Source of the DNA: Trichoplax sp. H2
Taxonomy: Eukaryota
Direction: 5' to 3'
Assembly (NCBI GenBank): GCA_003344405.1
Contig: NOWV01000151.1
Coordinates: forward strand, 124,001-185,705
Length of the DNA: 61,705 nucleotides
Shown here in pieces: positions 1 through 18,655 of this stretch; the stretch's first letter is position 1, and the number at the start of each line of letters is the position of its first letter. A model generated the notes under the pieces. That model did no database searches. It saw only the letters and a program-made list of their open reading frames with translations, and was not told the origin of the DNA. A program made the translations under genes and the position numbers.

Positions 1-44
1 ATTTTAACTGCTGCAATGAATTAAATAAATTCAACTTTTTTCAG

Positions 45-168
45 ACTAATACTTTGCTCTCTTATTATATTCTACTTTCCGTTCTTTGTCGGCCTGGTCA
101 TTAATATTCAAATAGATAGTGGAGCCAGTGAGATCCTGGAGAGCTTATTAAGCATAATAATGAATTAA
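45..168 (+). other. Possible terminal exon or remnant of a membrane protein (GPCR TM6-like) from a gene outside the window
   Basis: Follows a polypyrimidine acceptor (tttttttcag). Reads LILCSLIIFYFPFFVGLVINIQIDSGASEILESLLSIIMN*; the hydrophobic FYFPFF resembles the TM6 xxxP motif. Weak evidence. Confidence 0.2.
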
Positions 169-2962
169 CTATATGCTACAATTAAACTATTTCTAGTGCT
201 ATTTTTTTTGTAAACAAAATATGTGGATGACCAATACACGGTCAATTATGCTGCGCGTAAATATAGATCATTTCATCTGAACTACGTCTGGATCAATTAA
301 ACGGTTGAGAGGAATATTACCGTTATGTCAAACTACGAGCATTTTTCATTGCAATATTTCCAACCGATTTAATTTGTTGCTAGTGGATTAAATTTTAGCG
401 TGTTTATTGATCATATAATTGGACCTTATTTATTGGATTTTTTCAAGAAGTGCAGTATGCCACTAATGATAAATTTAAAATGAACAATAAAAAGTCTAAT
501 TTAAATTATCATAACTAACTCTTTTCAAGATCAGTATTGACAATACAAAGTCAGATCAATTTTGAGCCTTATTCCAAGTATCAGTTCTCCAATCTCGAGT
601 ATTATCCAGAGCAAAATTCTCACTACCAATATTAGGTCTTGAAAATTTAATCAACAAAAGAAATTAATTAATCTATTTTTTCCTTCATGACATTTTCCTT
701 TGCACACACTTAATTGGAAAATATGCTCAGTGCAGAAATTAACAGCTCTAATATGTATTGATAGCATATTTTTACTTGCAAAGTTGAATTAATTTAAATT
801 TACTATCGATGCCTTCGCAGACTATGCATTAGATACTAACACATCATGAGTACAACAAACGGTAATAATGGCCAGTTTTCCGTTCCTTTCATCCTTGTAA
901 GCTAGCAGGTGTTTACTGAAGCCAGGCATAATAATTATTGGAATCCTTCTAACCATATAAGGAATGGGCCTACGAGTATATTACCAGACATTGAACTCTT
1001 CTTTTCAAAGTCTACAATTTGTATTCCTCTTCACTTAAAGTATTATTATGCGCCATTGCAAGCTATCTCGTAAATACAAAAATACATTGCATAAATTTAT
1101 ATAGAAAATTTCAGAGTCGAAACGATATATATATTTCTTTGCTGTTAACGAAGAAACAGTCCCGTTGAAATTGTATGCAGGTTTTTATTTTTGCCATCTG
1201 ATAAGTTACCGTATATATTATCTACAGTATAAACTATACGAAATAGAGTTATTGCTACGATTTCTTACCTATGAAAGACTACTTTTACAGTATCCAGTAG
1301 TCTGAATAAACCTCATTTTAAAAGTTGTAGTTACACACTATTAAAGCGGTCAGCTTTTAATTGCGAGAATCGAGGTGAAAACTGTCTCCTTGAATGGACA
1401 CCAATCAATTATAAATAGTAGACTTCAATAAACCAATTTTGTCTATAACAATTTTACAGTGCAGAAATATTACCGTAGCCGAGAGCTTTGTTCTTCATTT
1501 GTATTATTCTTGCGGATCACCTTGACATGGTGATCAACAGAATTTTTAGCATTATTATCGTCATTATTAAGACATCATCTTTGAAATTCTTGGGCATTGT
1601 ACATCTACCCAGTTGTAAATATTACTGGATGAATAATTATGGTGGAATCTCGGCCAATTCATGCATGAAATTTATGCCACTAAAACAACACTGTCACATG
1701 CTAGTATGCAGTCAGTGAAGTTATTTGGGCTGATCGAGAATATAATTTTTATAATTTAGTCGACATCGTTGGAAATTAGTCGTGCAACCTCGACAAATAC
1801 TGCTGATAAATAATCAATCCGATATAGATGGAAGTGTACTTATCTTCTTGGTAGGGTAGTTATTAGTTATTACTTCATTTCATAAATAACATTTTGATAG
1901 TTTGTTTTCTAGTGATAATTGAAGTGTTTTTTTTTGGTCAATGTCATGATCGCATGTCACGTCGAATACTATAGTTGTCAAAGAGAAGTATAAAATTGAT
2001 ATTTGATAATTTTATTTCAGCGTGCAGCTGTAATATGGTTTTTATTTTGTCATCTATTCTGTTTTGTTTACAACAGCTACAATGGACATTACGAAGAGCC
2101 TGTTTATTTTAGTGAGTTTGGGAGGTTCCCTTTCTGGTGTATTGTACTAGGTCAATAAATCAATCCATTTTTTAGACAGTACGTAAGTGAAAGAATTTGC
2201 AATAGTGCATGGAATGCACAACTACCTTGCAATGTAGAGGCATTAACGTTCTATTCTGGAATTCTGCATTCATACACAAATCATTGCTCTCTTGCAGTAA
2301 ACTGCATCACAAGTGTTCATCTTTTCTATTTGTTTAGCATTCTTCAAGTGCTCAATTTTATCGACGGTTGTGGTTGGTAAATATGGTAGGAAAATTCATC
2401 GTTTAATCATTTTAAATCATGAAGTATTTTCAGTCTAGGTAGAGTATAATAATTTCAGCTGATTACACGAGTGATCGACGTTAGGAATGCGTTGTAAATC
2501 TGTGCGTCCTCAATAAAGGAAGTATTGATTGTGGCTAGCGGGATGGAAAGGTTCACTTGTATTTATACACTGTACAGTGCTACATATGTGTTCTCTCTGG
2601 CTGGTTTTTGCTGTCTATTCACAGCTCTCAGCATATTTGTGATTGCTGTTTCTCTGATCTGTAACTGTCATATTGCAGCTGTCTGATTGTTATTTATTTA
2701 AGTTTCTATCATCATAAACAACTCATTTTTTGGACGTACTTTGAAGTCTTCGTGCTAACTGTCTGCATAGCCTGTAGTCCTATCGTATAGCATTTTATGA
2801 AAAATCAAGCGGCACTGTCAAGCCCATACGACTGTACTTCAATAATAGAGAATCTAATTTAATGCATGGCAGAACGTAGGCTTCTACCTGCACAGTATGT
2901 CGCGAAATTGAATTTTACGAAGATGTTGAAACAGAGTCATTAATGCAAATTTGTAATCCATA

Positions 2963-3262
2963 GGATGGCATCATTCGCTATCGAGTAACAACCTTCCAAG
3001 CTGTATGTGAAGAACTATTTGAGCTTAAAGCCGCTCGGTTGGAAGCGAGCGTCGACAGTCCTTCACTGAAAATAGCGCCTGCAAGTAAGGTGCAGCTGCA
3101 ACAACACAATAATACGCGTACTCTATCTCTCTTTCTCTCTCTTCATAGACGAGTACGTATATTATTATAATTATGGTGTAGTTGCACTTTGAGTAGCGCA
3201 AGGTAGTCGGGTTGGAGGTCCATCAGTAGTCCTCCAGGAACGACTAAATCCTCGTCCACATC
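2963..3262 (+). ncRNA. Candidate structured non-coding RNA, family not recognised
   Basis: Nested stems found by eye: gtgaag 3007/cttcac 3061; cgctcg 3032/cgagcg 3046; long hairpin 3075-3199; tagtcg 3204/cgacta 3241 enclosing tggagg/cctcca. G-U pairs favour the + strand. Confidence 0.4.
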
Positions 3263-3348
3263 TGCAACTGATTCTAACCATGTTCTAACCGTCTACATTG
3301 CTTACACCATCGACATTTTTCTCTCACTTCCATCATTTGGACCTGTTG

Positions 3349-3428
3349 GACTAGTTGGGACCATTGAACGTTACGTCCCGTACTATTAGACTAGTTGGGA
3401 CTAGTGAACGTCACCTCCCGTGCTACTG
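3349..3428. repeat. Two imperfect 40-bp direct repeats, each with a GGGA..TCCC hairpin next to CTAG
   Basis: gactagttgggac...gaacgt.ac.tcccgt at 3349 and 3389. Confidence 0.75.
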
Positions 3429-3528
3429 TCCTCAGAGTCGTTGGTTTCAGAGATGAAATCATAATAAGTACAGTACTTAGTACAGTACTATACAGTGTAT
3501 TGTACGCTGGTCACGACTGCCCTGTCGA

Positions 3529-4080
3529 GACATGCGCGATGGAGCATGAATGTGTGACAGATAGACAGGCGGTCGTACGAGAGCGACTGCTGGTCGATTC
3601 CACTGTACTTTTGACTATTGACTACTTTCATACTCGACGTCGCGGTATGGTTTGAAACCGTTTATTACGTGCCATTGAATGGACCAGAGCGGGACATGCG
3701 CAATGGAGCATGAATGTGCGACAGACAGACAGGCAACCGTACGACAGCAACTGCTGGTCGATTCCACTGTACAGTGTACAGTACCGTAGTGTACTGTACA
3801 CTGTAATTTTGACTATTGACTACTTCAGTACTCGACGTCGCGGTATGGTTTGAAACCGTTTATTACGTGCCCTTGAATGAACCAGAGCTGGGCATGCGCA
3901 ATGGAGCATGAATGTGCGACAGACAGACAGGCAGCCGTACGACAGCGACTGCTGGTCGACTCCACTGTACAGTGTACAGTACCGTAGGGCACACTATACT
4001 TTTGAATATTGACTACTTTAGTACTCGACGTCGCGGTATGGTTTGAAAGCGTTTTATTACGTGCCCTTGAATGGACCGGA
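3529..4080. repeat. CpG-rich tandem repeat, 3 copies (164, 198, ~190 bp), upstream of DPP8/9
   Basis: Units begin g(a/g)catgcgc(g/a)atggagcatgaatgtg at 3529, 3693 and 3891. Length differences come from internal ACTGT/ACAGT expansions. Confidence 0.95.
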
Positions 4081-4394
4081 TCGGACCGGAGAGTCAGTAC
4101 TGTCTGCACTATGCTGTGCTCGAGGTAACTTACTCAACTTTCGAAAGCCTTCGCCAGCCGATTGCGTCGCTTGGAAACTACAATCTGATTGATCTCCAAG
4201 TTGGTAAAATCTCCATCGCATCTTAAGTTGATCCTGATTTTCTTCAGTTGTACTCGCGTAGATCAATTTTATTGCCATCGAAGGCAAATAGACGCAAATC
4301 ACAAATCTCCAAGACTGCGTAACAGTGTATGATTGTAGTGTTGCACGCCATTGCTACAATTCAGAAGAATTGAGAGAGCGATCGATCATTGCTA

Positions 4395-10456
<6,062 letters not shown>

Positions 10457-12814
10457 TGCCGGAGAATTTCGACTAATTTGATTTCCGCAAGATTTCTCGT
10501 GCAATTATTGCATAAGATGATATCAAACTATCCTGAAAAAGTGCACGTTATGGTGATCCATGTTTAATGGTAAGCTGTTTACGAGCTTTCGTGATCACTC
10601 TTAAGTAACTAAGAAAAAATTTATTTTGAATGTTAGATGAGTCTAGTTTGTGAATTTAAAGTCATAAGTTAGTTTAAGTCGAGCCAAATTTATGGCAATA
10701 AATCAAGTATGCATATGGAGCATGTCATATCAAACAATTTAACTACAGTACAATGATAAATATTTTAACTGAACTTTAGATCTTTTACTATCCTGTAAGA
10801 ATTTTATCCTCTAAGCTGTTTTTACTTGTTATAAGGCGTTATTTCAAACGTTGTAGATAGAGCTATAATTTCATGTTAATGTTTATCACCTTAATGGAAT
10901 GGTATCTATTGTACAGTGTACAATCTACGATAATTGGACACGTTACCAGGTATTCATTAGTCTATATACAATTAAAAATTGTTCTCAATTGTAGTAATAA
11001 GAATTCGTTTTACAGTTTCAATGATTCCTTTTAGACGAGAAGTTACAATATTTTATTTAGAGTTAAATGGTCTCTGTTTTATTGTTATTTCTTAAACTCT
11101 AAAACTGCATCGATAGTATCTTTAAGTCCAATTAGAATGAATTTAGAGTATTTATATGCAATTCTATCTTTGCAAATACATTTAGCGCGATTATATCCGT
11201 GATTGCGTTCGCGTGAACTATTTTTATCACTGCAAGCGTTTCATTGAAATAAACATTTTATAAAATTGTTTGGTGATGAACTATATCTGGAAATTGATAT
11301 CAAAGATGCATATTTAGCTTGTTACGAGTTGTTGAAACTGATATATTCTGCTCTATCACTACTAAAATACGCCTAACGATATTGAGGCAAGCATATTTAA
11401 CTAAAATTGGACTCACGCTGATATCATGAAAGGAACTTTCGATCAAAATTGCAAGTGTAGTTGTATTTACAGTTAAAATAAGCAAGATGTCATAGTTTTT
11501 GTCCATGGCCTATGAGATACCAAACTTCGATTAAATTTTGGCATATGTACGCGATTCTGTACAAATATGTAGACTTTTCACTGCTTGTAAGCAATTTAAG
11601 GCACGATATTGAGCCTATTGACTGACATGAGCCCAGTTCTGCATAAATCTTACTGTATTACTAACTAATCTCGCATACTGATGAAAGTGTGCATTGCCAA
11701 TAATCAATTTATTTTGTATATTTTCGTTATATGACCGTATACCTGATTGATTCAGTTTTTATTCTTTCATTACGTTGACGGAAAATTAAAACATAACGAT
11801 TAGACAGATAAAAGTTCACCAAATAATATGAATAAGTGTACTATTTACCTTGGCACAATGGTGTACAAATTATATTATAGTCTATAAACTACGTATGTAT
11901 GATATGAATATTAAATCGTTCCGCATACATTATGCATTAAAATGCAAATTGACTATAGGATATTAGTTATAAGAAATCTTACATCCGTAAACACTATCGC
12001 ACTAATTAGGAAACTATCTAGAATATCATGGCATACGTTGGATAATTTGTAGATCGCTCACCTGCTGTAAATGCGGTTTAAAACAACTGCGAAATTTACT
12101 TAATTTAAACTGAGGGAAGAATTGTAAAAATAATTCCAATCTTTCCTGGATGACCTAATGTGCAGATTACCTAGTGGTACGTAAAATTATAGAGGAAGAC
12201 TACAGGTACTTCGCGAAGGCAACTAGTGTAAAGGCTCAGAAAGATTCGGGATAGAAACTAGGAATAGCAGTAGTGCGCTCTTAAAACTCAAGTTAAACTA
12301 TGACAAGATCATAAAATCTGTTTCGTGATAGTTTCAAGTTTGCTCTGTCCAATCCTTATCTAAATTGCGTCGCTAATCATAATTTATTGTATAAATATCT
12401 AGATAGAAATTAAAGATCAAGAAAGCGATAAACTTGATATCAAGGCATTCGCATTCTATTTCTACTGTTGTAGTTCAGACTTCTGTTATAGTAATTGCTA
12501 TAGAAGGAATAATACCAAAGTGTATCAACATCAAGTTCTGATACAGTATAGTATACTGTACTTATGATAGTCTATGAATTAATAGATGTTTTATTCATGA
12601 GTTAGACCGAAAAATAAACAAATTATAGCCCATGTATATTAATGCAAAGTGGTATCCAAGGTTCAGGCACTAAAGGTCAATCTAAAGAACGAAGCTTTTG
12701 AATATCTCTAATGCATGTAAATTACTCGTATTTTAGCTGTTGCAACTTTAAGTAGCATATAACTGTGCAAAAGAAGACCAATTTCACAAATTCATTTATC
12801 TAAGTTGAATCCAA

Positions 12815-15800
12815 ATGGATACCTTTCAGGATGTCGTAGGCTCTATACAACATAGAATCCACGCATTCAATCATCAAATTTCCCAAATATATCAAAAGAT
12901 TGATCATCTACGCCAAATTAATAATCCAGTTATCGAAAACTTGTTCAGTATTGATCAAGAATACCTTCATGGCCACTCGAAGTGTAATGACGTTCAAATC
13001 ATCATCACAGGTAAAATGTTTAAAAATATATTGATATTTTTACTTCAATTTCATAGCAATGATGATAGCGTAAATAAATAATCTATAGGCAAATTTAATA
13101 TTGATAATTGCATATGGTGGGGTATTTCAGAAGGAAATTAGAGACGAGCAATAGGCTAGTATTATGTGGTCAAAAATAATACCTCAATATTCTTCATGTT
13201 AAACTCTGGTTTTGCCTTACTTAGGTACTCCTGGCGTGGGTAAAAGTAGCTACATCAATCAATTAATCGACTATCCTTTACTTCCAACAAATTTTTCTTT
13301 ATCCAATTCTTGCATATGGAAAATTTATTACAGTCAAGAGCCAAGAGTTATAATTCAAAATTATCCTGTGAACGCTGACAAGGGCGACAACAGTAATTGC
13401 CTGTCTCAAGTAGTTCAGATAGAGATCAATGATTACCAAGAACTGCAAGCTATCTATAAAAGCTCAATTTTCACTAAGAAAAGTGACTTCAATTGCTACA
13501 AGATAATAACTCTATATTGGCCGCTAGCAGCTTTAAAGGTACCTCATATTCTATAACACGGCATGTTTATATACCACCTCTTATATTTGAAAGAAATCTC
13601 TTCGGTGAGAATGTCACAATACGCCAAGATTGTCAGTAGTAAAGTACTATACCACTAGGTTTGCATAGATTAACAAGTCCATAGATAATTATTGAAAAAA
13701 TGATATAATAACTTGATATAAGACTAATTTGTATCGCTATGTCCTAAACAGAAATAGAACCCTTGAACCAATATAATAATTTATTTTACTACTATTAGTG
13801 AATCAATGGAAATTTTATATTTGCTATGCAAGACTTTGCTTGAGACCTTAGAATAGTTCAATGCTATGCATTAGTACTAAGTGATCATAACTCTATCATC
13901 GAGCATTTTGCATAAAGAAGTATTGATTCTCGTACTCTAAAGCTAGTAGCTACTAGCGCAAATAATTATATTTACAAAATTAAACAATACCAAACTTTAT
14001 ATATGAGCAGAAAATCTATGCAGGGCAATGCTGTATCGATGCCCATATTTGTGATTAGCTCTTTCATATAGAAGTATTATTATATTCTTATTTCATCTAC
14101 CAGCACTGTAATATTTTAACGCGGAAATAGTAACACCCACACAGAGCTACATAGAGTAACTCTATATTCATATACGCGTACAATTCATATTATATATGTA
14201 CAGTTGAACGGTAAGTCCTATTTTTGCATGCTGTTTTATACTCCTAACATGCAATATAGCGCGGATATATTTCACTAGTAGCTGACACTAACTGCTTCTC
14301 AAATAAATTACTTCAATTTGCATTAGTAACGTCGAAATATGATATTAATTATAATTATCTACCAGGAGAACATATCTATAATTGAAATAACTTCATCTTT
14401 ATGGCATCTGCTAGCTGATAAAATATCTTCTGTCATATCATCGTCTTATCTGGCTCTCATCTATATATTAGATGCTACGCTTCTGATTGATCAAACAATA
14501 AAACAGGTAATATAATGTCAGCCAAATTTATTCCCTCATTTTTATGTTAAAAGACCTGGAAAAATCCAATCATAATATAATGTAGATAAATTTCTCAATT
14601 TACATCGTTATCTACTATGCCTTATAAGATTTAAATATGTGCTCCTTATCTATTTACTGTATTTATCGTTTATTAGAATGTTACTCGCTATTTCCAACCT
14701 TGTATTTATGAACTCTTTATTTTGTAGTAGAATTTATAGTTAGACCGGCTAGCCTTAATAAAATTAATATCCCTACCTAAGTTTATTTTCTCTAAATAGA
14801 TCAATGATTTTAGAGACAGTATTCAGCAACTCAATAATGGTATTAAAAGTCATCACATCATGAAATCAATGCTATTCGCGTGCAATAAGATGGATTTAAT
14901 TAACGCTGATCGTAATCCAATGTCATTATCAACATATGCTACTTTACACGATTTCCTATCTAAAAGCTGGATTGGCTCTCGAAAGCAGCGCTGCTACAAT
15001 TGCATCTCCATCACCACTACAGATATTGCCATGGCCGCGTTCTGTAAAAGCAGTATACAAGAAAGATTACTCCATATTAATGATATTTTTAACTATCAGA
15101 TTAGCCGTGAGAATAGCGTAAAAATAAGGTTGATTAAAACTTAAATTAACCTATTTAGTATGCATAGCGCTATCTACAAATGCATTGGTTATATTGTAAT
15201 TAGTTATAGAATACTCGTATACAGCAGCTTATAAGTAGATCGTGATCTTAGAATATAGATCTCGGTAAAAATCATCTTTAAGACAGTTAAAATACGCTTC
15301 CATTTTGTTCTCAATTAGCTCTACGCTTACGATATGGATTCTTAAATTAAACGTCTATTTTTCGTTTCTATTAGAAATCTGAAAGAATATATAAATAGCT
15401 TAAGTCAAAACATTCAGTTTTTGCAAGAAATGGTCAATTTGAAGATGAATCATGATCCAACCTACGAGATAAATTCAGAAAATTTTCGACTTCGACTTTG
15501 CGAATTAGAAAGCAAATTGAAAAAGCCTACTAGGAAGATCTTAAATGAACTAATGTCAAGCAGTAACCAAATTCAGCGCATGGAAATGATTATTTTGGAT
15601 TATTGTCGGAAAGATCAAGTTCATGCCGATTTATTCCATTGGCAAGAATGTGATTTCCATGATTTCTGTTGGTTTCAAGATATGTACTCCTATGCTCAAA
15701 ATAAAGTAGCGACAAAATTATTAAAAAAAATTAATGAAAGCGAAAATATTGACCAACTTCTGATGCAATGGAGGCATGATGTTTTGGATGATATACGACT

Positions 15801-18655
15801 TTATTTTAATCCATTCTCTGCAGTAAAAGATCAATACAGGCAACAGCAAGATGATCATCAAAATTTATCAGAATGGATGAAAGATCAAATACATCACTGG
15901 AAAGACGAGCTGCCTACATTGTTCCAAGCAATGACTATTCCAGCCATGCTATCTTTTGATTGTGGTTATTTGGGATTAGCAACAGTGACTGTTTATTTCA
16001 TCTATAATGCTTATAATATCAAGCCAAGACTAATGCAAGTTTTACAAGCAACAAGTCATAAAATGTTTCATGACTTAGTTTCATCACCAATTATACATCT
16101 AGTACGCAGAGAACAGGATAAACTATTACAACAACAATTAGATAGTCATTTAATATCGCATATTGAGACTACTTTAAAAGCCTATGAACAAATCTATCGT
16201 GATATCAGCGATGATGACATGAGTCACTCTATAATTTCGTCATTTAAATCTATTCTGCCTCAAATTCAATTAATTCATCAAAATCTTAAAGTGCTGGATA
16301 TTCTTTATATTGAAAAATTTGAATTTTCATCTCTCGATGTCATGGATTATCAAACCTTTCCGGATCATTTTGTGCGTGATTCAGACCCACGACTGCTTAA
16401 ATGCCGCATTCAACACCAACACTATCGACAACTTGATGTGCATTTGCGCCATTATAACTATCAAATCGAGGAGTCTAATGTTGATGAAATTCTGACACTT
16501 AGCCAATCGTTAAGGTAACTTAATTTATTAACCATTAGTCTCTTCATAGGCTTCGTCATGCAGATTCAATTCTAATTTAACACATCAGCGATTTCTAAGC
16601 AATTTATTGATTTCGGCACTAATCATCAGATAGGTTATCAAATTATTAATTTAATACACGATGATCGGTATTGATATATAATTCCATCACTGCTTAACCA
16701 TTCATTCCAAATTTCCGTCGGTTTTTACTTTTAACTTTGCTTGTTATTCTTTTAAACGGGAATAGTAGTAAGTCAATGCTAATCAATCTCGTGATAGACA
16801 ACCTACAGAATAAATACAGAAATTTACTTGCATGCTATAATGTCAATATCGTGTAACGTAATCCGTTTAAATTCTTCACTATGAATGCCAAGGATAGTGA
16901 ATGATACATTGAACTTTTAAAATTAATTATGAAACTATTACAAGTTTAGTACCTTTAATTATATACATAGGAGTGGAATTTCTACCTCTAAGAGTGATGC
17001 CAATAGTATAACTCTGACTATAATGTAGGTAGCCATAGAGATCAGAACAGTTCTCCGCTAGTACAGTATTTGCTATTCAGTATGATCAAAGTCTGAACCA
17101 CAATTCCTAGTCGGCGTTTTCATAAAGATCATGAAATCTTTAACATAATGTGAAGAATAACCGGAATACAAGCAAAAGTATTTATTACCGTACTATATGT
17201 AATCGTTAGCCCAAATTGGTAGATATTATTTTATCCATATATTCATGGTGGCTGTATATTTTATTATGTTCTATTATAGAAAGTGCCATCACGTTGAAGA
17301 CATATAGTTAGAACTGCATCTTGTCTTCGTCTAGAAATCGTAACTAGTGCAATTATTTAGTTAAATATTGAGATATTAAAACATTTAACGCCTAAATTAA
17401 CCTTTTTTACCGTGTCGAGAAAATATAACTTGCCATCAACGGTCCATAATCTGCATACAATTCAATTAACCCTAAATTCCAAAATTGAATCTAAGTATTT
17501 ACCGAATATACTCTTTTCTCGGTGATATAGTAGTACTTGTGTCAACCTATTTACTCCTGTACAAAATAGTCGGATTGTTTCTCGGTCGTAAGTAAATTCT
17601 AAATTATGTCTAAATGCATACTACTAACAAAATAGGAAAATGGATCATCAAAACGTAGGAAAATTACAAGGAATTCTCAAACATATCCATCTAACTCATT
17701 GTCACCTTTACTTTACTTATCCAAGCACGGCATGTACATTAAGAGAATTTTTAAATGGATCATCTGATTGCATTCCAGCTCATTATTCTTCCGATTTTAC
17801 TAAACAACTATCAGCTTATCAATCCATGTTATCCTTAGCTACCGATATCTGCCAAGGCTTAGCATATATTCATGAACGAGGATTCATACATTGTCATTTA
17901 ACATTAGACTATGTTCTGGTAAGATGAGGAAATTACAGTGTATTTGATATTTGTTGTGAAATGTACCAATCAGTTTTATACAGGTATCGATGTTGCTTAC
18001 CTGCAACTAAGAATGCCATAGTATATTAGTCTTGTAGCCTGTTAATATTATCTCTTATTAAATGATTTACTTTTAGAACAAGTAACTTAAGTATAAAGTC
18101 ATATAATCTCATTTAGCTATATAAATGCTTCTATCTTTAATTTTTCTAATGTTACAAAACCAATTACAAGAACTTTATCAAAGTTTTAAAATCGATTTTA
18201 CTTTTTTTAATGCAATCTAGCTAACGTCGACATGCACAGCAGTCATTTGCGATATTGGCTCACCAAAAGTAGAGAACTGGATCTTTGATATCGAAACATT
18301 ATCACATTATCAACTAAAATTAATGCAGTATATGGCTCCTGAAATTCTGCACAGGCAGATTCACAATGGCCGATCAGACATTTATTCCTTTGGTCTATTA
18401 CTATGGGAAATGTGGTATGGCCTAAGCATAGATTGCCATATTGAAAATCAATCACAAACCAGTAGAAGTAATATCATTGAAATGATTCTTCAGCAACCAC
18501 CTCCATCTTTAGATATAACTCCAATCCCCGAAGAAACGTTCAGGATCTTTGTTGCTCAGTGCCTATATGCTCAACCTGAACTGAGACCAAGTATACAAGT
18601 TTGTCAGCAAATTTTGTACGAACTACGTCGTCGTGCCTGTACTTCTGATTCTTAA
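12815..18655 (+). CDS. Dynamin/mitofusin-like GTPase domain fused to a C-terminal pseudokinase (DSTYK-like architecture), 7 exons
   Basis: Approximate exons: 12815-13010, 13225-13538, 14366-14506, 14800-15128, 15375-16514, 17636-17918, 18221-18655. P-loop GTPGVGKSSYINQLIDYPLLPT; G4 LFACNKMD; kinase C-lobe ICQGLAYIHERGFIH, YMAPE, SDIYSFGLLLWEM, RPS. Confidence 0.8.

Noticed and set aside
1488-2360. Hydrophobic reading stretches near the left end as a membrane-protein gene
   Set aside because: Interrupted by stops, with no recognisable motif or consistent exon chain.
2769-2781. gcctgtagtcc resembling the SRP RNA Alu domain
   Set aside because: No flanking Alu helices and no S-domain motif downstream.
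3071-3155. atagcgcc...gacgag resemblance to the glmS ribozyme
   Set aside because: The remaining glmS core (GACGAGG, P2/P2.1, P3/P4) is absent; short chance matches.
3270-3292. ttctaacc repeated twice as a telomerase RNA template
   Set aside because: It does not contain CTAACCCTAA or any full permutation complementary to TTAGGG, and it lies 3' of the structured region.
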